Of a DNA stretch of 64,000 nt, positions 13,516 through 26,915 are shown piece after piece. Numbering within the stretch: the stretch's first letter is position 1; each line of letters starts with the position of its first letter. The notes beneath the pieces were generated by a model, which saw nothing but the letters and a program-made list of their open reading frames with translations, ran no database searches and had not been told where the DNA came from. Position numbers and translations under genes: made by a program. The stretch comes from Glycera tridactyla (taxonomy: Eukaryota), in contig OZ286459.1 in assembly GCA_965644265.1 (NCBI GenBank), positions 83,886,001-83,950,000 of the forward strand. Direction: 5' to 3'.

Positions 13516-14164
13516 NNNNNNNNNNNNNNNNNNNNNNNNNNNNNNNNNNNNNNNNNNNNNNNNNNNNNNNNNNNNNNNNNNNNNNNNNNNNNNNNNNNNN
13601 NNNNNNNNNNNNNNNNNNNNNNNNNNNNNNNNNNNNNNNNNNNNNNNNNNNNNNNNNNNNNNNNNNNNNNNNNNNNNNNNNNNNNNNNNNNNNNNNNNNN
13701 NNNNNNNNNNNNNNNNNNNNNNNNNNNNNNNNNNNNNNNNNNNNNNNNNNNNNNNNNNNNNNNNNNNNNNNNNNNNNNNNNNNNNNNNNNNNNNNGAGAA
13801 GCAGTGCAAAGAATAATTGGCCGACNNNNNNNNNNNNNNNNNNNNNNNNNNNNNNNNNNNNNNNNNNNNNNNNNNNNNNNNNNNNNNNNNNNNNNNNNNN
13901 NNNNNNNNNNNNNNNNNNNNNNNNNNNNNNNNNNNNNNNNNNNNNNNNNNNNNNNNNNNNNNNNNNNNNNNNNNNNNNNNNNNNNNNNNNNNNNNNNNNN
14001 NNNNNNNNNNNNNNNNNNNNNNNNNNNNNNNNNNNNNNNNNNNNNNNNNNNNNNNNNNNNNNNNNNNNNNNNNNNNNNNNNNNNNNNNNNNNNNNNNNNN
14101 NNNNNNNNNNNNNNNNNNNNNNNNNNNNNNNNNNNNNNNNNNNNNNNNNNNNNNNNNNNNNNNN
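13516..14164. other. N-runs 13516-13795 and 13826-14164 with a 30-bp island
   Basis: N characters; ORFs crossing them are artefacts. Confidence 0.98.
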
Positions 14165-15133
14165 CACACACCCTAGCCCCCTCCCCACACATATGCGCCC
14201 ACACACAGCGGAATGTATCACGTCGATAAAATAGCAGAAAAAAGCTTTTGATATCTGACGGTCCTGTCAACATTCCTTATTTCCTTGGAATCGAGCTTCT
14301 TTGATGAGGCAGCTATAGAGTGATACTCGAAACAGTATCGATTATTCTTCATTGACATGCTTGTCTACGGCCCACCGCCTCTACTTCCCTGCCTAAATTG
14401 TAAGACTGCCACTGAGAAGTGTCCAGCCCCAGGTGGTTTGGCCCAACACTCCAACCTAACTGGTTGCCATGACAACGGCATGAGAACATATAAGGGTGTT
14501 ATTGCTTTCTCTGATAAGTTTACCCAAGTCGACGCCTCAATATGGTAGAAACATCTGACCGATATCGCTGGAACTACAGGCCTAATTGATGGAGTGAACT
14601 TAGTCGAAAACAACTGATAACTTCATCTAGGAACTTGATAATGCCCGGCGGCACATCTGATTGAACAATTCATCCATGCAGTCCTTCTGTAGAATTACAT
14701 CTCAGCCTACAGCAGCTATCTGGGAAATGTAATGCGCTTCCACCTGTATCAGTCAGTGTAATGAGAAATTATTGCGAGTATCACTATGTTAATTCCTCTG
14801 TATGTCTTGAGCGATGTTTGAAGCCCGTTCTTCATAACAAGCAGGCGAATCTTAGGATGATGACCAAACCATGTATTTGCAATCATCAACAGAATGTCAG
14901 CCATTCGAAATGTTCTTACATGTCATTAATCTGATATACTCGTAACTTTATTCTTAGTAAAATTCATGCTACTTTCACAATCTGTCTACGCCCTCATTGT
15001 CATACTTCAGCAAGTGGGATCTGAAGATAATTTTATGGCTCGCGGACCGTGTTCGACTCCAGAATATCTACTCCGGTCATATTTGTAAGACATGAACCAT
15101 CCGATAATGTAATGATGAATGTTTAGGATTTTA

Positions 15134-15263
15134 CGGTGGCCCATAAGTGCCATCAAAAAATCTAATTTCAACCTCCATTGTATTACGAATTTCCACCGCG
15201 GTGGTAATGCGTAGTACGATTGAGGTTGAAATTATATTTTTGAATGGCACTTATGGGCCACCG
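15134..15263. mobile_element. 130-bp fold-back MITE (family B), TA-flanked
   Basis: 42/43-bp terminal inverted repeats CGGTGGCCCATAAGTGCCAT(T)CAAAAAAT.TAATTTCAACCTC differing by one indel and one mismatch. TA sits at 15132-33 and 15264-65, and the core around CCACCGCGGTGG is also palindromic. Confidence 0.8.
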
Positions 15264-16841
15264 TAGGATTTCGAAGATAACACGAATGAAGAGAATACCA
15301 TTTTAGAATCATCGTTGTGGGATGGATCTTCCACTCCATATATGGACAACATTGGCATGATCTCTCAATATTTTCACCGTGAAATAAGGTGTATCTGTGT
15401 TGATTGGTCACCGATAGCGAGAAATGAACATTCTCCATGCTTCATTTGGAGGTTCAGCTAAAAGCTGATTAACTTGGAATTTCATGTGGCAGTATTTGAG
15501 ATTTCTTCCATTGATAACTCAACTGACGATAATCATGCATCTCTCACAGCTGGAAGCAGGCTGCCTTCTTCGGCTAGTTCGGTTGCTTGTCGGATGTAGA
15601 CAATAGTATCGAGGTGTGTATTAATAGTTTGTGTAGATAGAGTGGCACTCGGGATCGACTCTCGGTTGTATTGTGAGTAGGTGGTTCTATCAGACTCTGG
15701 AACCACAGAAGATCCAAACGACGTAGTTCTGATTCATTAGGCTTCATTTTCTCCAATCTGAGCAGAACATGGTTCAACCAGTACACGCGTGTTACAAACA
15801 GGCCTAGGGGAGGACTGAGAAGCTGCAGATCACTTCTTCAAGCGTAACGGCCTCACTGTAAAGATGCTCAGATGGATCTGACTTCTTAGTCTCTCCTACT
15901 CATATCTATACCACTACAAAAGATTGCATCACCACTCCAGATCACCACTTAATGTCATCCCACACTCATCACATGTACATGTAAGGTCATAGGGTTACAT
16001 AAGGTCATTCAATAATCGGATAAGTTGCATGCAATCCGACATCACCCACGATTCTTGCCTGACCCATGCTTATATACAACATGTGTGGTAGTTTTCCACT
16101 ATTCTCCTTCTACCCAAACCATGACTGACATGGCATCCCTAAACCCATTTCACCCAAATAATCTCGGGTGTATATGGTTCCCAGGAATATGTATCAAACG
16201 TGAATCCCTTGTGAATATCGTTGAGTCAACACACAATACAGATATTGAGTGTTGGATTCATCATATTTGATGGAAACTTCTCAAAAAATTACTCCAGCTC
16301 ACCCAAGACACATCCCATTCTGCTGACAAGAACCTGTTCGCTATCAGAGGCAACCATTCGTCCCTTCATAATCTCTGACTTGATCTGATTAGATGGGACC
16401 TGATTGAGAAGTAAAACAGATGTAGATTGCTTCTGGTAAATGCGCCGGCATGATGCCCGGGGAGTGGCACTTCTACCGTATGAAATCAGATTATTCCCAT
16501 TTGTAGTTCGCTGCCAGCAAATGTAACTAGGAGAACAATAAATCAAATTATCGACAAAAATAGCGCTTACAAACCCTACCTTATCAACCGCTTGCTTTGG
16601 AAGCGGAATGAATTCGAATTGGCATTTGCTGATCAATTCACCGGATCAACGTAGAAATGGGTTGCGCTGCCTTGCAATATCCACTCTCGAAACATTTCTG
16701 GTATCCGGTAGGTACTGGGAAGCTGCTTTTCGGATTTGTTCCAGTATTACCACGCTGAAACAGCTCTGTGGCGTAAATCGGTATAATTCTTTATTACGAG
16801 TGGAGATATTCAACCACAGTTTCGAGTGAAATAAATAATTA

Positions 16842-17001
16842 CAGTCAAACCTGTCTATAAAGACCGCCTTCGGTCGCATCAAAAAGCGGTCTTTATGGGA
16901 AGGTGGTCTTTATAGAGAGGTCATTTACTGTTGAAAATACTGAGATGGTTGCATCTCAGGTGGTCTTTATAGAGAGATGGTCTTTAGAGCAGGTCCGACT
17001 G
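16842..17001 (+). mobile_element. 160-bp MITE (family A; Tc1/mariner superfamily, pogo/Tigger-like ends)
   Basis: Ends CAGTCAAACCTGTCTATAAAGACC ... GGTCTTTAGAGCAGGTCCGACTG are imperfect inverted repeats flanked by TA on both sides. Internal GGTCTTTATAGAGA motifs are repeated. Confidence 0.8.
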
Positions 17002-19396
17002 TATACTATACAGTATCAATTGTTGAGTGTCAAAAATTATGTCCACCTCGAAGTTATCTAGTTCCCAAGATTGGAGAGACATCCTATTGGTATTAATTTG
17101 TTCGGCAACTGAACCTCATAAGCGGGATAAAAACACCAGGCCAGAGCACAGAGGGTGAGACTGACAGAGGTGAGATTGAAGCAATTCGTAAGTGTTAGGC
17201 TTATCGGATTTGTCATATCAGACACACACTCAATTTATCTTGTGCTTTGCTTCCTGTCTCGATGAATGGAAAGTATAAAGAAACAAATGATGCAGTAAGC
17301 CGGAGAGAAGCCGGGAAGACAGTTCTACTTCTAGGCAATATTCGGTAAGTATGGCAGGAAAATAGAGGAGGCAGGTTTTGAGTAATGAAAAGACGTATCT
17401 CATTAGCCATGCGACAAGGGAGGTGAGGTATTGTGGTTGGTTTGGGATTAGTACTGTCCTTTTCACCGTCATATATTTACAGCAAATATCCTGTTTATTC
17501 TAACGCATTATATCAGGTTTCTGCGATATGATGATGAATGAGTAGATTTCAAAAAGTGGCAAAATTTAGCAGAATTACCGAATGCAGTGTGACCCATGAA
17601 AGGCTTGCTGGATCAGTTGTCTATTATTTAATCGAATCAAGTCCGATGCGTTTGCTGAATGCTAGCCATGAAATATACATGCTTGTGACAATTGAGCTCT
17701 CTAGGGTGTTTTATCTAGGAGGCGGAGAATCGTGAATGATGCACGTTGGAGAGGGAAATTTGATGTTTGTTGGATGGATTAGCCATATCAAAGCATCTTA
17801 AGAACTAGAATTACCAACTGAACTCGGGATCGGATTATGTCGCTTTGACCTGACCAATCTGTGGAGATGAAGTTCCTGTCTTTGTAGATTACGCCATACA
17901 TATATTACATGTTTTTCCATGTGATAGTTTGTACGTGGTCAGGAAACATGATATCACACAAAGGTTTTGATGTATGGAATGTGAGTGTCACTATATTTTA
18001 GAGTGATCCTTCACATTATGGCTCACTAATGATCCTGAAAGTGTTTTTTGCAAGAACCATGCACCGTGTGGGGGGATAATTAACTTGGTGACTTGACTCC
18101 GATATACGCCGCCATCAATAGCCCTAGATCGGTATAGACAGCTGGAGCCTGCAGGCTATGGTGCCAGCCAATCAAGCCACAATCACAATCAGAATCTTCC
18201 CAGCCCACCAAGGCTCACTTCACAAAGCATTGTACCCACTATCACATACACAGTGATTATCAAACAATGCAGGGTTGTGATCACCCCAAATTCAAGAGCA
18301 GGCATTCTATGATGACCCGAGTTTACACAACTATACAACACCTCCCTCTGCAGGCCTTCCCGACTATGAAATATTGTCAACACCCTTGGGACTATTCAGC
18401 TTAGATGAGGAAATTAATTGTACAATTAGGGCAAACCCAACGTATTTGCTGATTGTAATGTACCCATTCACATCTGGATGGAGTGAAGTAGGGTGTCCTC
18501 TCAGACTCCTCTAAACGAAGCTGCCTCTTTATTGGTATGCAACGATCATGAAGATTGGTATGATATTGCAGAGTAATGAGGCACGCTATTCAGACCTGGT
18601 CACCATTCACCTGGGAACCAGACGCACTATTCAACCAAACGCAAACCAACAACGACGGGGACCATATCGAGCCCGCTGTAGGTGGTTACCAGGGACCCGT
18701 GTGCCTTAACCCGTTTTGATACATTTTCTACAAAATATGACAGAAACTTGGAAATCGTCCTCGATGTCAAATCACCAGCGATACGTGAGTGAGTGGTGGG
18801 TGTTGGTGTTGTCATCAAAGTGCGTGTTCGAATCAATATTGATCACACTGCATGGCGTATTTCCTGTGTGATTTGTGTGAAATGAAAAAGATCAATCTTG
18901 AGATTGTAATTACAGATAGTGAAGATGGGTCTGCAGAATTGATGGCGTAGTCAGCTAACCTGGTTCATGTACGATTATAGAGAAAGTCGATTTAGATCGC
19001 TGCAACCTAGCTAGTCTTGATTGCCAATTAATCCGCTACATTTGTAACGTTATGGTAGTGCGATTCATCTCAGAGATACTCTCACACGTTCAACATTCAG
19101 AGTAGGAGGAGCATCTTTGTGATCTACATACTTGATCTCTCCATCTTTAATAGGCACAACTAAAAAACAAGTGGAAGCACCAGAAGGTCGATGACCGAGC
19201 CTATCAACGGGGATGAGAAATTGATGGTGATCCTATACTGTGCAACTCTGTCTGTTTGTCTAAATGTCTGTCTGTCTGGCTGTCAGGATGACTGGCTGTC
19301 TGTCTGGGTTACTGGCTAGTCATTTGGCTCATGGACTCACTCCCTCCCTCTCTCACCCACCCCACACTTTCCTCCTCTCTATCCATCTATCTATCT

Positions 19397-19500
19397 ATAA
19401 GATAATATAAGAATAAAATAAGAAATAACTTTATTGCATGAGATGTAACATATATACAACGATATAGTTTTACAAGTGACCCCGAAGGGTCATATCAGGT
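19397..19500 (-). mobile_element. Probable 3' tail of a non-LTR retroposon (stem-loop, AATAAA, TTATT(C)-type tail)
   Basis: On the minus strand: TGACCC-TTCG-GGGTCA hairpin (19477-19492), AATAAA (19430-19435), then a degenerate TTATT/TTATTC tail. Confidence 0.35.
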
Positions 19501-22141
19501 GCTTATGCAAACACTCAATTATAAACAATACAAATAAAGTTCATTAGTGCTAAATTAGTAATTAATACAAAGTTAATTACAGGGTGACAGGACAATCCAT
19601 GACATATAATATAATGTAAAGACAAGTCCGGATTACATAAAAGCCACATGCCATACAAGGTAGCCCATCATTAAATTGATAAAGAAAAGACACGATGCAG
19701 GAGCTAGTCAAGCAAGGGAATTTGTCAGTATGCGATTCAGGGTATAGTAAAAGTTATTTTATACACAACAAACACTTATGGCACAATGCTGATGTGGATC
19801 TAGTTTGAACAAAATGAGTTCAGTTTAAGAGCATGTGAAAACATGAATAAAAAAACAAAAGAAAAAAGGGTTACGTGGCAGGGTTCTGAATGAGCAAGTA
19901 TACGTGAAGTTGTTTACTACAGTGAAAATGGTACTCATGAATGCTTGATTCAGAAGCAGAGGAGTATGGGACTAATTATAGGCTACCTAAGAGTAGACAC
20001 AATTTCATGGATTGAGGGCGGAGTTGATTCGGCAGTATCAAACAGCTATTGGTTAAGCCAATAGACGAGCTTGCCAAAGACAGTCGAGGAAAGTGAGAAG
20101 AGGCTGTATAGCTCATGGATGTCATCTTGAGTACCTAGAGTCTTAGGGCTGGCAGATTTGAGACAAGTCCATGCGCCCATGTCTAGGTCATGCAATGTAT
20201 CAAGAAGTCAGAGAGAGGTCATGGTAGTGAGATGGTATAATTCAGCATCTATTTTGTCCGGCACAAGATACTATGGTGGATACATGCATGTGATGCTGGG
20301 GCAAGTGACGGAAGGTCTCAGGTCTCATCTATCCAGCCACTGTTATCACTTATACGGCGAGCTAAATGAAGTTTGGCTCATTTCACACGTTGTACCCACA
20401 ACCAGTTCAACCACTCTCCACATCAGTCACAACGTAGCTTGAGGTGATCAGCATCTCTCATGAGGACAACCTAATCTATCTGCCGTCAGCGGATTTGACC
20501 AAGTAGAACATCACCCTCCTTCGTACTGAGACCTCACTCTTATTTGCCATGACTGATTACCACTATCTTTTCACTTGTTTGGCTTTTGCAATGCCGGACG
20601 ACCCAATGCAAAATTCATATCATGATAGGAAATATGATGAAAATCCAATGGCGCCAATACCAAAGTTAATTCCTCAGGACATGTGATAATGTATAGGTCA
20701 CCAACTGATGCATATCACCAGAATAAGGGACAATCGAATACATAAATTTGAGGAGTATCTACTGGGCTTTCATAGTACTTACCGTTTTGTCACTCACAAT
20801 GATTAGATGACTGTTGCCATGGGAACACATTTTCGAAATCATTGAACTTAGGTTATTTGAACCCAACGTCGTGCCATCAATGGTTGAAGAGTGATTAGTC
20901 GGGCTGTATATATTCAACTCATCAACGAAATGCAGCAGGACTGATTTTGAGATAAAATTATAAGAAAATCATTACCAGGGCAAAGTGACAAGCTGACATG
21001 TACCAATATAACCCAAATGTGATTGATGGATAATCAATAGTCACTTTGTTGAACAATCATTTGTGATAGACAGAAGCATATCCTGTGATTTCCAGAGGAT
21101 GGGTGAAACTGCATTAATTACAATATATTAATTACCTGAATGCACAGGTTTGAGAGCTTCATCTCGAACATTCGGAGGTGGTCAAGGTCAAGTTTAGCAA
21201 TTGCGAGGTCATCTCTTGTGATGTGTAAGATTTATGGCGGTAGAAAGTGCTCACTAATCATGTAGAGTGGATAGCCAGGCCAGGCACCAAAAGGGAGTCG
21301 GTGTGAATAGAATACAGAGATGAGTCGATAGATGTCCGAAGAATGCAGGATCACCATCTATAGGTCACAGGGTCGACCAGTACCACTATCATCACTATCA
21401 CACATGAGAAGTTCATTGTACGGAATCTATATGCAAACATACAGTATATGTCACGCATGCAATCATTCAGACAAATTGTCGTCTCCGAACTAGCCAGAAT
21501 ATTACTATCTAGATATGGCCAGCCTCCAACACAGAGTGTTCACGGAGCAATGGCTCAATTACAGGTGCAATTGAATTCAATATACCACCCTTCGTTATTC
21601 TCAAAACTGATATGGCATCCTGGGAGTCTGTCAATTTCAAAATATTTCACCTTCCTTCAGGGACCCGGAGGCTCGCGAACGCACATATTCCCATTGCATG
21701 GGTGTCTTGCAAAAGCCCTGATAGAGCTCACTGGATATATCACAAGAAAAGCGATGGTTTCAATGCAGGTGCGTTTGAATTCGGTCGGCTATTTTCAATG
21801 GCTTGTGCATTGTTCCATTTCTCACAGGCGATAGGTGATGTGAAGTAGCATGGTTGATACATATGTGATCATCACACAATTCAATTCAGAATGTTGTTCC
21901 AACACCAATCACAGATTAGACTGCCACACACATACATAATGCTTTCCAGTGAACTGATCCCCTGTCTACGTAATTACACATAATTCAAACAGTGAAGCGA
22001 AAGCCATGCAAAAGTCGTGAGGTTTATACCGTGAGCATGACCGTGAGCCAATCCCAATATAGCCATATAATACTCACGGGTTATCAAAGGTGAACAACCA
22101 TCCAACAAACCAATCTGCAACGGAATCGGTGATGTTGGTTT

Positions 22142-22187
22142 CACCACCACCACCACCACCACCACCACCACCACCACCACCACCACC
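22142..22187. repeat. (CCA)n microsatellite
   Basis: About 15 perfect CCA units. Confidence 0.95.
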
Positions 22188-22367
22188 CCATTCACATAAG
22201 AAATGGGAGACATAGCGTCGCATACTATGCACTGATGTGATCTTCACTCTAATGCAATTTTGTATGATTATCATTACAAAACACAGGATGATAAATCAGA
22301 ACCATTCAGATCAGTCAGATCAGACAAAAGGGTTTGGTTGGTGGGTCAAATGAGTCTCATCTGGTCT

Positions 22368-22628
22368 GTGGCACAAATAAGCGTCATGTCCACCTGTCGG
22401 AGAAAATATAGGTGGCTCATGCAAGCGTCATGTCCACCTGTCGGAGGAAATATAGGTGGCTCATGCAATGGGCATGGATGGGATCATTCAGGACTTCCTC
22501 TTTTGAGTCCCCAGCAGAAGGTACAAAATTCACAAATTGCTGCATCTATACATAATCTATTTTGCTATAATATATATGTGGCACAAATAAGCGTCATGGT
22601 CATCTGTCGGAGAAAATATAGGTGGCTC
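22368..22628. repeat. 44-bp unit, two tandem copies plus a third detached copy
   Basis: AAGCGTCATGTCCACCTGTCGGAG(A/G)AAATATAGGTGGCTC starts at 22379 and 22423. The stretch from GTGGCACAAATAAGCG at 22368 recurs at 22578-22628. Confidence 0.85.
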
Positions 22629-22976
22629 CTCTAGAGAGATGTGCTAGAATAATATCCGCTGTGCACGCTGCCGGGCTTATATTGATGACGCACTCAGACC
22701 TGATAGGACTGATAAATGCCTGTATTATCGCCCGCTGACAAACAACCACTGATTACCCGTCTGTCATCCCCTGCCTTCAACGTATCCTTTCCATCATTTT
22801 ATTGGTTTTTCCTGGGCCTCAATGTCATCACCTTTTAGCATAACAACATTTTTTCCTAAATATGATATTCCTTGAATGACCTTGATGATCAATCAAGTTG
22901 GAAGCCATCTAAGCTGTTGGTGGCTCTCAACTCGATTTGATCTCGAAATCAATCCCAGGTTCAATGGGAATCTAAA

Positions 22977-23152
22977 GTGATGGCGGTGATGGTGGTGATG
23001 GTGGTGATGGTGGTGGTGGTGGTGGTGGTGGTGATGATGATGGTGGTGGTAGCGGAGGGGGCAATATTGCTAGCCCTGATGTTTGTTCTTGTGATGATGG
23101 TGATTGTGGTACTAGCGGTGATGATGATGTGGTAGTGGAGGTGATGGTGGTA
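22977..23152. repeat. Degenerate (GGT/GAT)n trinucleotide tract
   Basis: Directly visible. Confidence 0.85.
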
Positions 23153-26100
23153 GGGAATAATGCTTATGCTGAGTTCAGAACAGACACATCTCTCATATCC
23201 ACACTTTTGGGAGAGACACGAGGGAGACCCCATTGCTTTGCACATTGCAAACCATTCGATACTTGATCACAGAGTTTTTATTCGTTCAATATTTTATGAT
23301 TACATGCAATTATAATAGATGATCTAACTTTTCATGGGAGTAGGTCAACAGACGTGAGTCATTATGCACATGAATTGATAACATTTTGACAGGAACGAAC
23401 CGTATACATGCTAATTGGATGGCAACTGGCTGTGTGTACGGTGGTCATTCAGGAGAACCACTGCTACCCTCTGTGGAGAGGAGGGATTGTCACCAACAGG
23501 GATGTCTCATTCTGTCAGCATTCACTATCCAATATAACCAAATGATATGGCAACGATATCAGGCTTGAATAAAGAAACATATAAACAAATATTCGGTGTC
23601 ATGTGAAAGACCAATGTCTCTTATTATATATAGTAGGTATCCATGCCATGTTTGGCCTGGTATATCCATTAACGGATTAAGCAGAGCCGTTTGGTGTTGG
23701 TGACGCAGCAGGTGATATAGCACCATACTTCTCATATCACTGCATCCTCTAATCCCTGCATCCTCTCACATACCCATATATTAGAACGGCCACCATTTGA
23801 TTGAGATGAACCATGCGAGAGGCACGTGGCCTGAATATTTTCCCAGTGAATTATCTGAAAATGATAGTCGGGAGCTGACTGCAGTCGCGCGGAAAATGGA
23901 GATTTGATGCCCAGCATAGCATTGCCCTACTGAAAAATATGCACATATGTTAGGCTAGCCGGGAGTTTTAGCGTTTGTACTATCATACGCGAAGGCCGAA
24001 GGTCATCTGAAGGCCAAGCGAAATGTGGCTTCCATTCTCAGAAGCGCATCAGCCCGTAGAATGCATACAACCGTGTTTGACGCATTTCAATCTCCATTTG
24101 TAGAGAGTGGACTTACAGTGGCCATTTTGATTGATGTGAGAATACATATATTGGATAGCACTCCACATATTTGCAGTGAGGTAAAGTACCTCACATTCCC
24201 ATGATTTTGCTCTTACCTGACTGCCTTACATTCAAAAAGACCACGTGTATAACAGAACCAGCCTTTCAATGTTTTCACGCACACACAAGGTTAATTTACT
24301 TCTCGACACTAAACAGCACATCTTCCCGCCTTTACTCCTGCTATTGATTCACGCCACTCCTATGCCGACTTTCATTCTTGCCCAGCCCTCGAGCTGCAAG
24401 GTGCACATCTCAGAACGTAAGCTTCTTTGAAGACACATCACCTGGACGTAAGCTACTTACGCTGTGCAACACCAAAAGCCAATCTCTCGCAATCTATAGA
24501 AATATCTCCAGGATATCTGTGTGATCTGGGTTTGAGATGCACCTCAGAGGAATCTTTTCCAGAAGATATTTATACCTATATGTCTATTCGCATTCTCATG
24601 TATTGTGAGAAGTCAGACAAGGTGTTATATATCCCAATATATTGACCCTAAATACAATCGTAGTGGAGTGAGGTGTTTATGACACTTTCAAGCCGAGACA
24701 AATATTTTTGAATTGGTGAATCCTTCGAATACTCATGGTTTGCTGGAATGAGGACTGAAATATTGTTGCGTGATGTGGATCCTTTGAGTTTCTGCAAAAG
24801 GTTGGGAAGGTCTTTTTGTGGATATGCAAAATTTCGCAAGGTACTGAAATTCGTGATACAGCATTTCTGGATCTTTCATATCTTAGTGAGGTAATGGAGT
24901 GGAAAACAGAATGATGTACTCTGAAATCTTATGAATCCTTATGAGGCACAGGGTGGTGAAATAGATCATTCTTGCACCCTGCCCATCCCACCCGCCCTGG
25001 TCCCAAATGCAGAATGAAGAACTTGTCTAAACTGTGCGAATTCCTAGAATCTAGCAGAGCTGATATGTGTGTTGCCGGAAATACGGAATACGGATTATTG
25101 AGCTCATATATTTCTCGCCCCTACCTCTATTTAATGATTGCATACTGGTGAGTGAGGGTGAGCGGATGTCAATAGTCATGTTTTACTCTAGTGCTGGCTC
25201 ATGCTAATCACTACCTGAAATATATTCTTTACTTTTTGATCATACATCGATGAATGCAATATGAATGTCTTGTCATGAAATCGATGGATTTGAACGATCA
25301 AGATTTCCCCTGATTTTGCATTTGTTCAGGCCAGACATCTCCCTCATGGAGGATTTCTATGCCACGTTCCTAGCTGATGCTCCTCGCACCGATACGTCTC
25401 TTTCAAAGGGCATCAGTGCTCATTCGAGATAGTTCCCTCAACTCTATATGATTGGTGCCTCGTAAGATCCAATTGCAGGACCAGCAAGTGAGTGCAATAT
25501 AGCTTGTTCTACTTGATTCCTTTTTCAGTTTTGTATGTATACCGAAGATGAATCAAATATGGGCAGAGCACATTGAATGGATTGATGGATATTGGTTTCA
25601 TCTCATTGGTACCTTACAAATCCGTTACATGCGGTTCCATTCTTGAACTATCACTAATTCAGGTGGGTGGAGCCATCACTTTAATCTGAGGATTGTCGAC
25701 CGAGTTAATTCTCAGTGTATTTCTGTGCTCTAGTTTTCCAAGGCTGCTTAATGAGCCTATTCTGATCAGATTCATAATCCTATTTGTTGTTCAAGAGAGT
25801 TGGTGGCCTTGGTGAAGATTATCACAGAAATGACGTTAGTCGATCACAGGGTCAAGGTCTTCTGCCTTATACTAGAATTCTGTAGAAAAAAGAAATATGG
25901 CAATCGAAGTGGAAATATGGCGATCAAGCTGAACGCCATCTAATGAATATCGGACCATGAGGACTGGTGAATGCTTCAAGAATTTGTCAATATCAAATGA
26001 GGTCTCGTGTGGAGACAATCTCTGTAAGTGAGATCACTGATCCTGAAATGTAAAGAAATCAGCGCCCAAGTCGGATGATCTTCAGATCGAATCTTTCTTT

Positions 26101-26780
26101 GGTTGGAATATTTTGAAAGACAACAAATTATGCTATTTGTATCCGGAATATCCAAATATAGACATTTTTATGCCTCATGTATTCTGAGTAACAGATGAAG
26201 GAAAAAGCTTAATCGATAGACTTGTGGGTGGTATTCGGTAAAAAATATTCGAAACCTAGAAAACTCATCACCGAAATCGGCATAAAAACGCGATATTTCT
26301 CTGCAGAGTGATCCCTCAATGTTGCAATTCCGTATTCGGGGAATTGGTGGGTAAATTCGACTCAGAATTCTGATCACATTCCAAGAAAGCAGGAACGCTC
26401 CACTGAGTGATATAGATAGCAAAACTCTTCAGTATCCGCAAGAAGATAGCACGCTCGGGAGTCAAAAGCGAGTCATAGGGGAGGTTGAAGACTCCGATAG
26501 CGTGGTTTCCTGATGAAAATGAATGGACTAAGTGCAGTTAATCGACACAAGCCAGGTTGCTCCACGCCTACAGTCATCCTTCCGGCTTGTGGTCCGTTTC
26601 AATAAGTACATAGGTGTACATACGCCACTCTGACTGCACGCACCTGTTATTGATATATACTGGCAATGGAACTCCAGGTTATTTCATTAGATTAATCAAC
26701 TCTGACTCAGTGGAAGAATGTGAATTGTATCCGCCGGTGTTTAAGTTATCACTTTTGAACATTCAATCCACATGACCTAT

Positions 26781-26915
26781 NNNNNNNNNNNNNNNNNNNN
26801 NNNNNNNNNNNNNNNNNNNNNNNNNNNNNNNNNNNNNNNNNNNNNNNNNNNNNNNNNNNNNNNNNNNNNNNNNNNNNNNNNNNNNNNNNNNNNNNNNNNN
26901 NNNNNNNNNNNNNNN
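26781..26915. other. N-run
   Basis: N characters. Confidence 0.98.

Noticed and set aside
13342-14273. Long ORFs full of X here and at 33128-33703, 44112-45077 and 49745-51164
   Set aside because: Artefacts of translating N-runs.
16289-16636. 115-aa minus-strand ORF starting FIPLPK, suggestive of RTE-type LINE RT
   Set aside because: None of the following RT motifs (NYR.ISL, Q.GF) appears in any frame.
21380-21620. PAN/apple-like Cys pattern CLNDCMRDIYCMFAY on the minus strand
   Set aside because: A single short motif surrounded by stops; insufficient evidence.
25331-25490. Acceptor/donor-bounded segment reading PDISLMEDFYATFLADAPR (a similar case is at 10461-10683)
   Set aside because: Stops in all frames, and splice-like motifs are common by chance in this composition.
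26040-26400. Stop-interrupted reading LCYLYPEYPNIDIF...TDEGKSLIDRL, loosely like parts of the GT-like ORF
   Set aside because: Only a few residues match, spacing is inconsistent, and no nucleotide similarity was seen.
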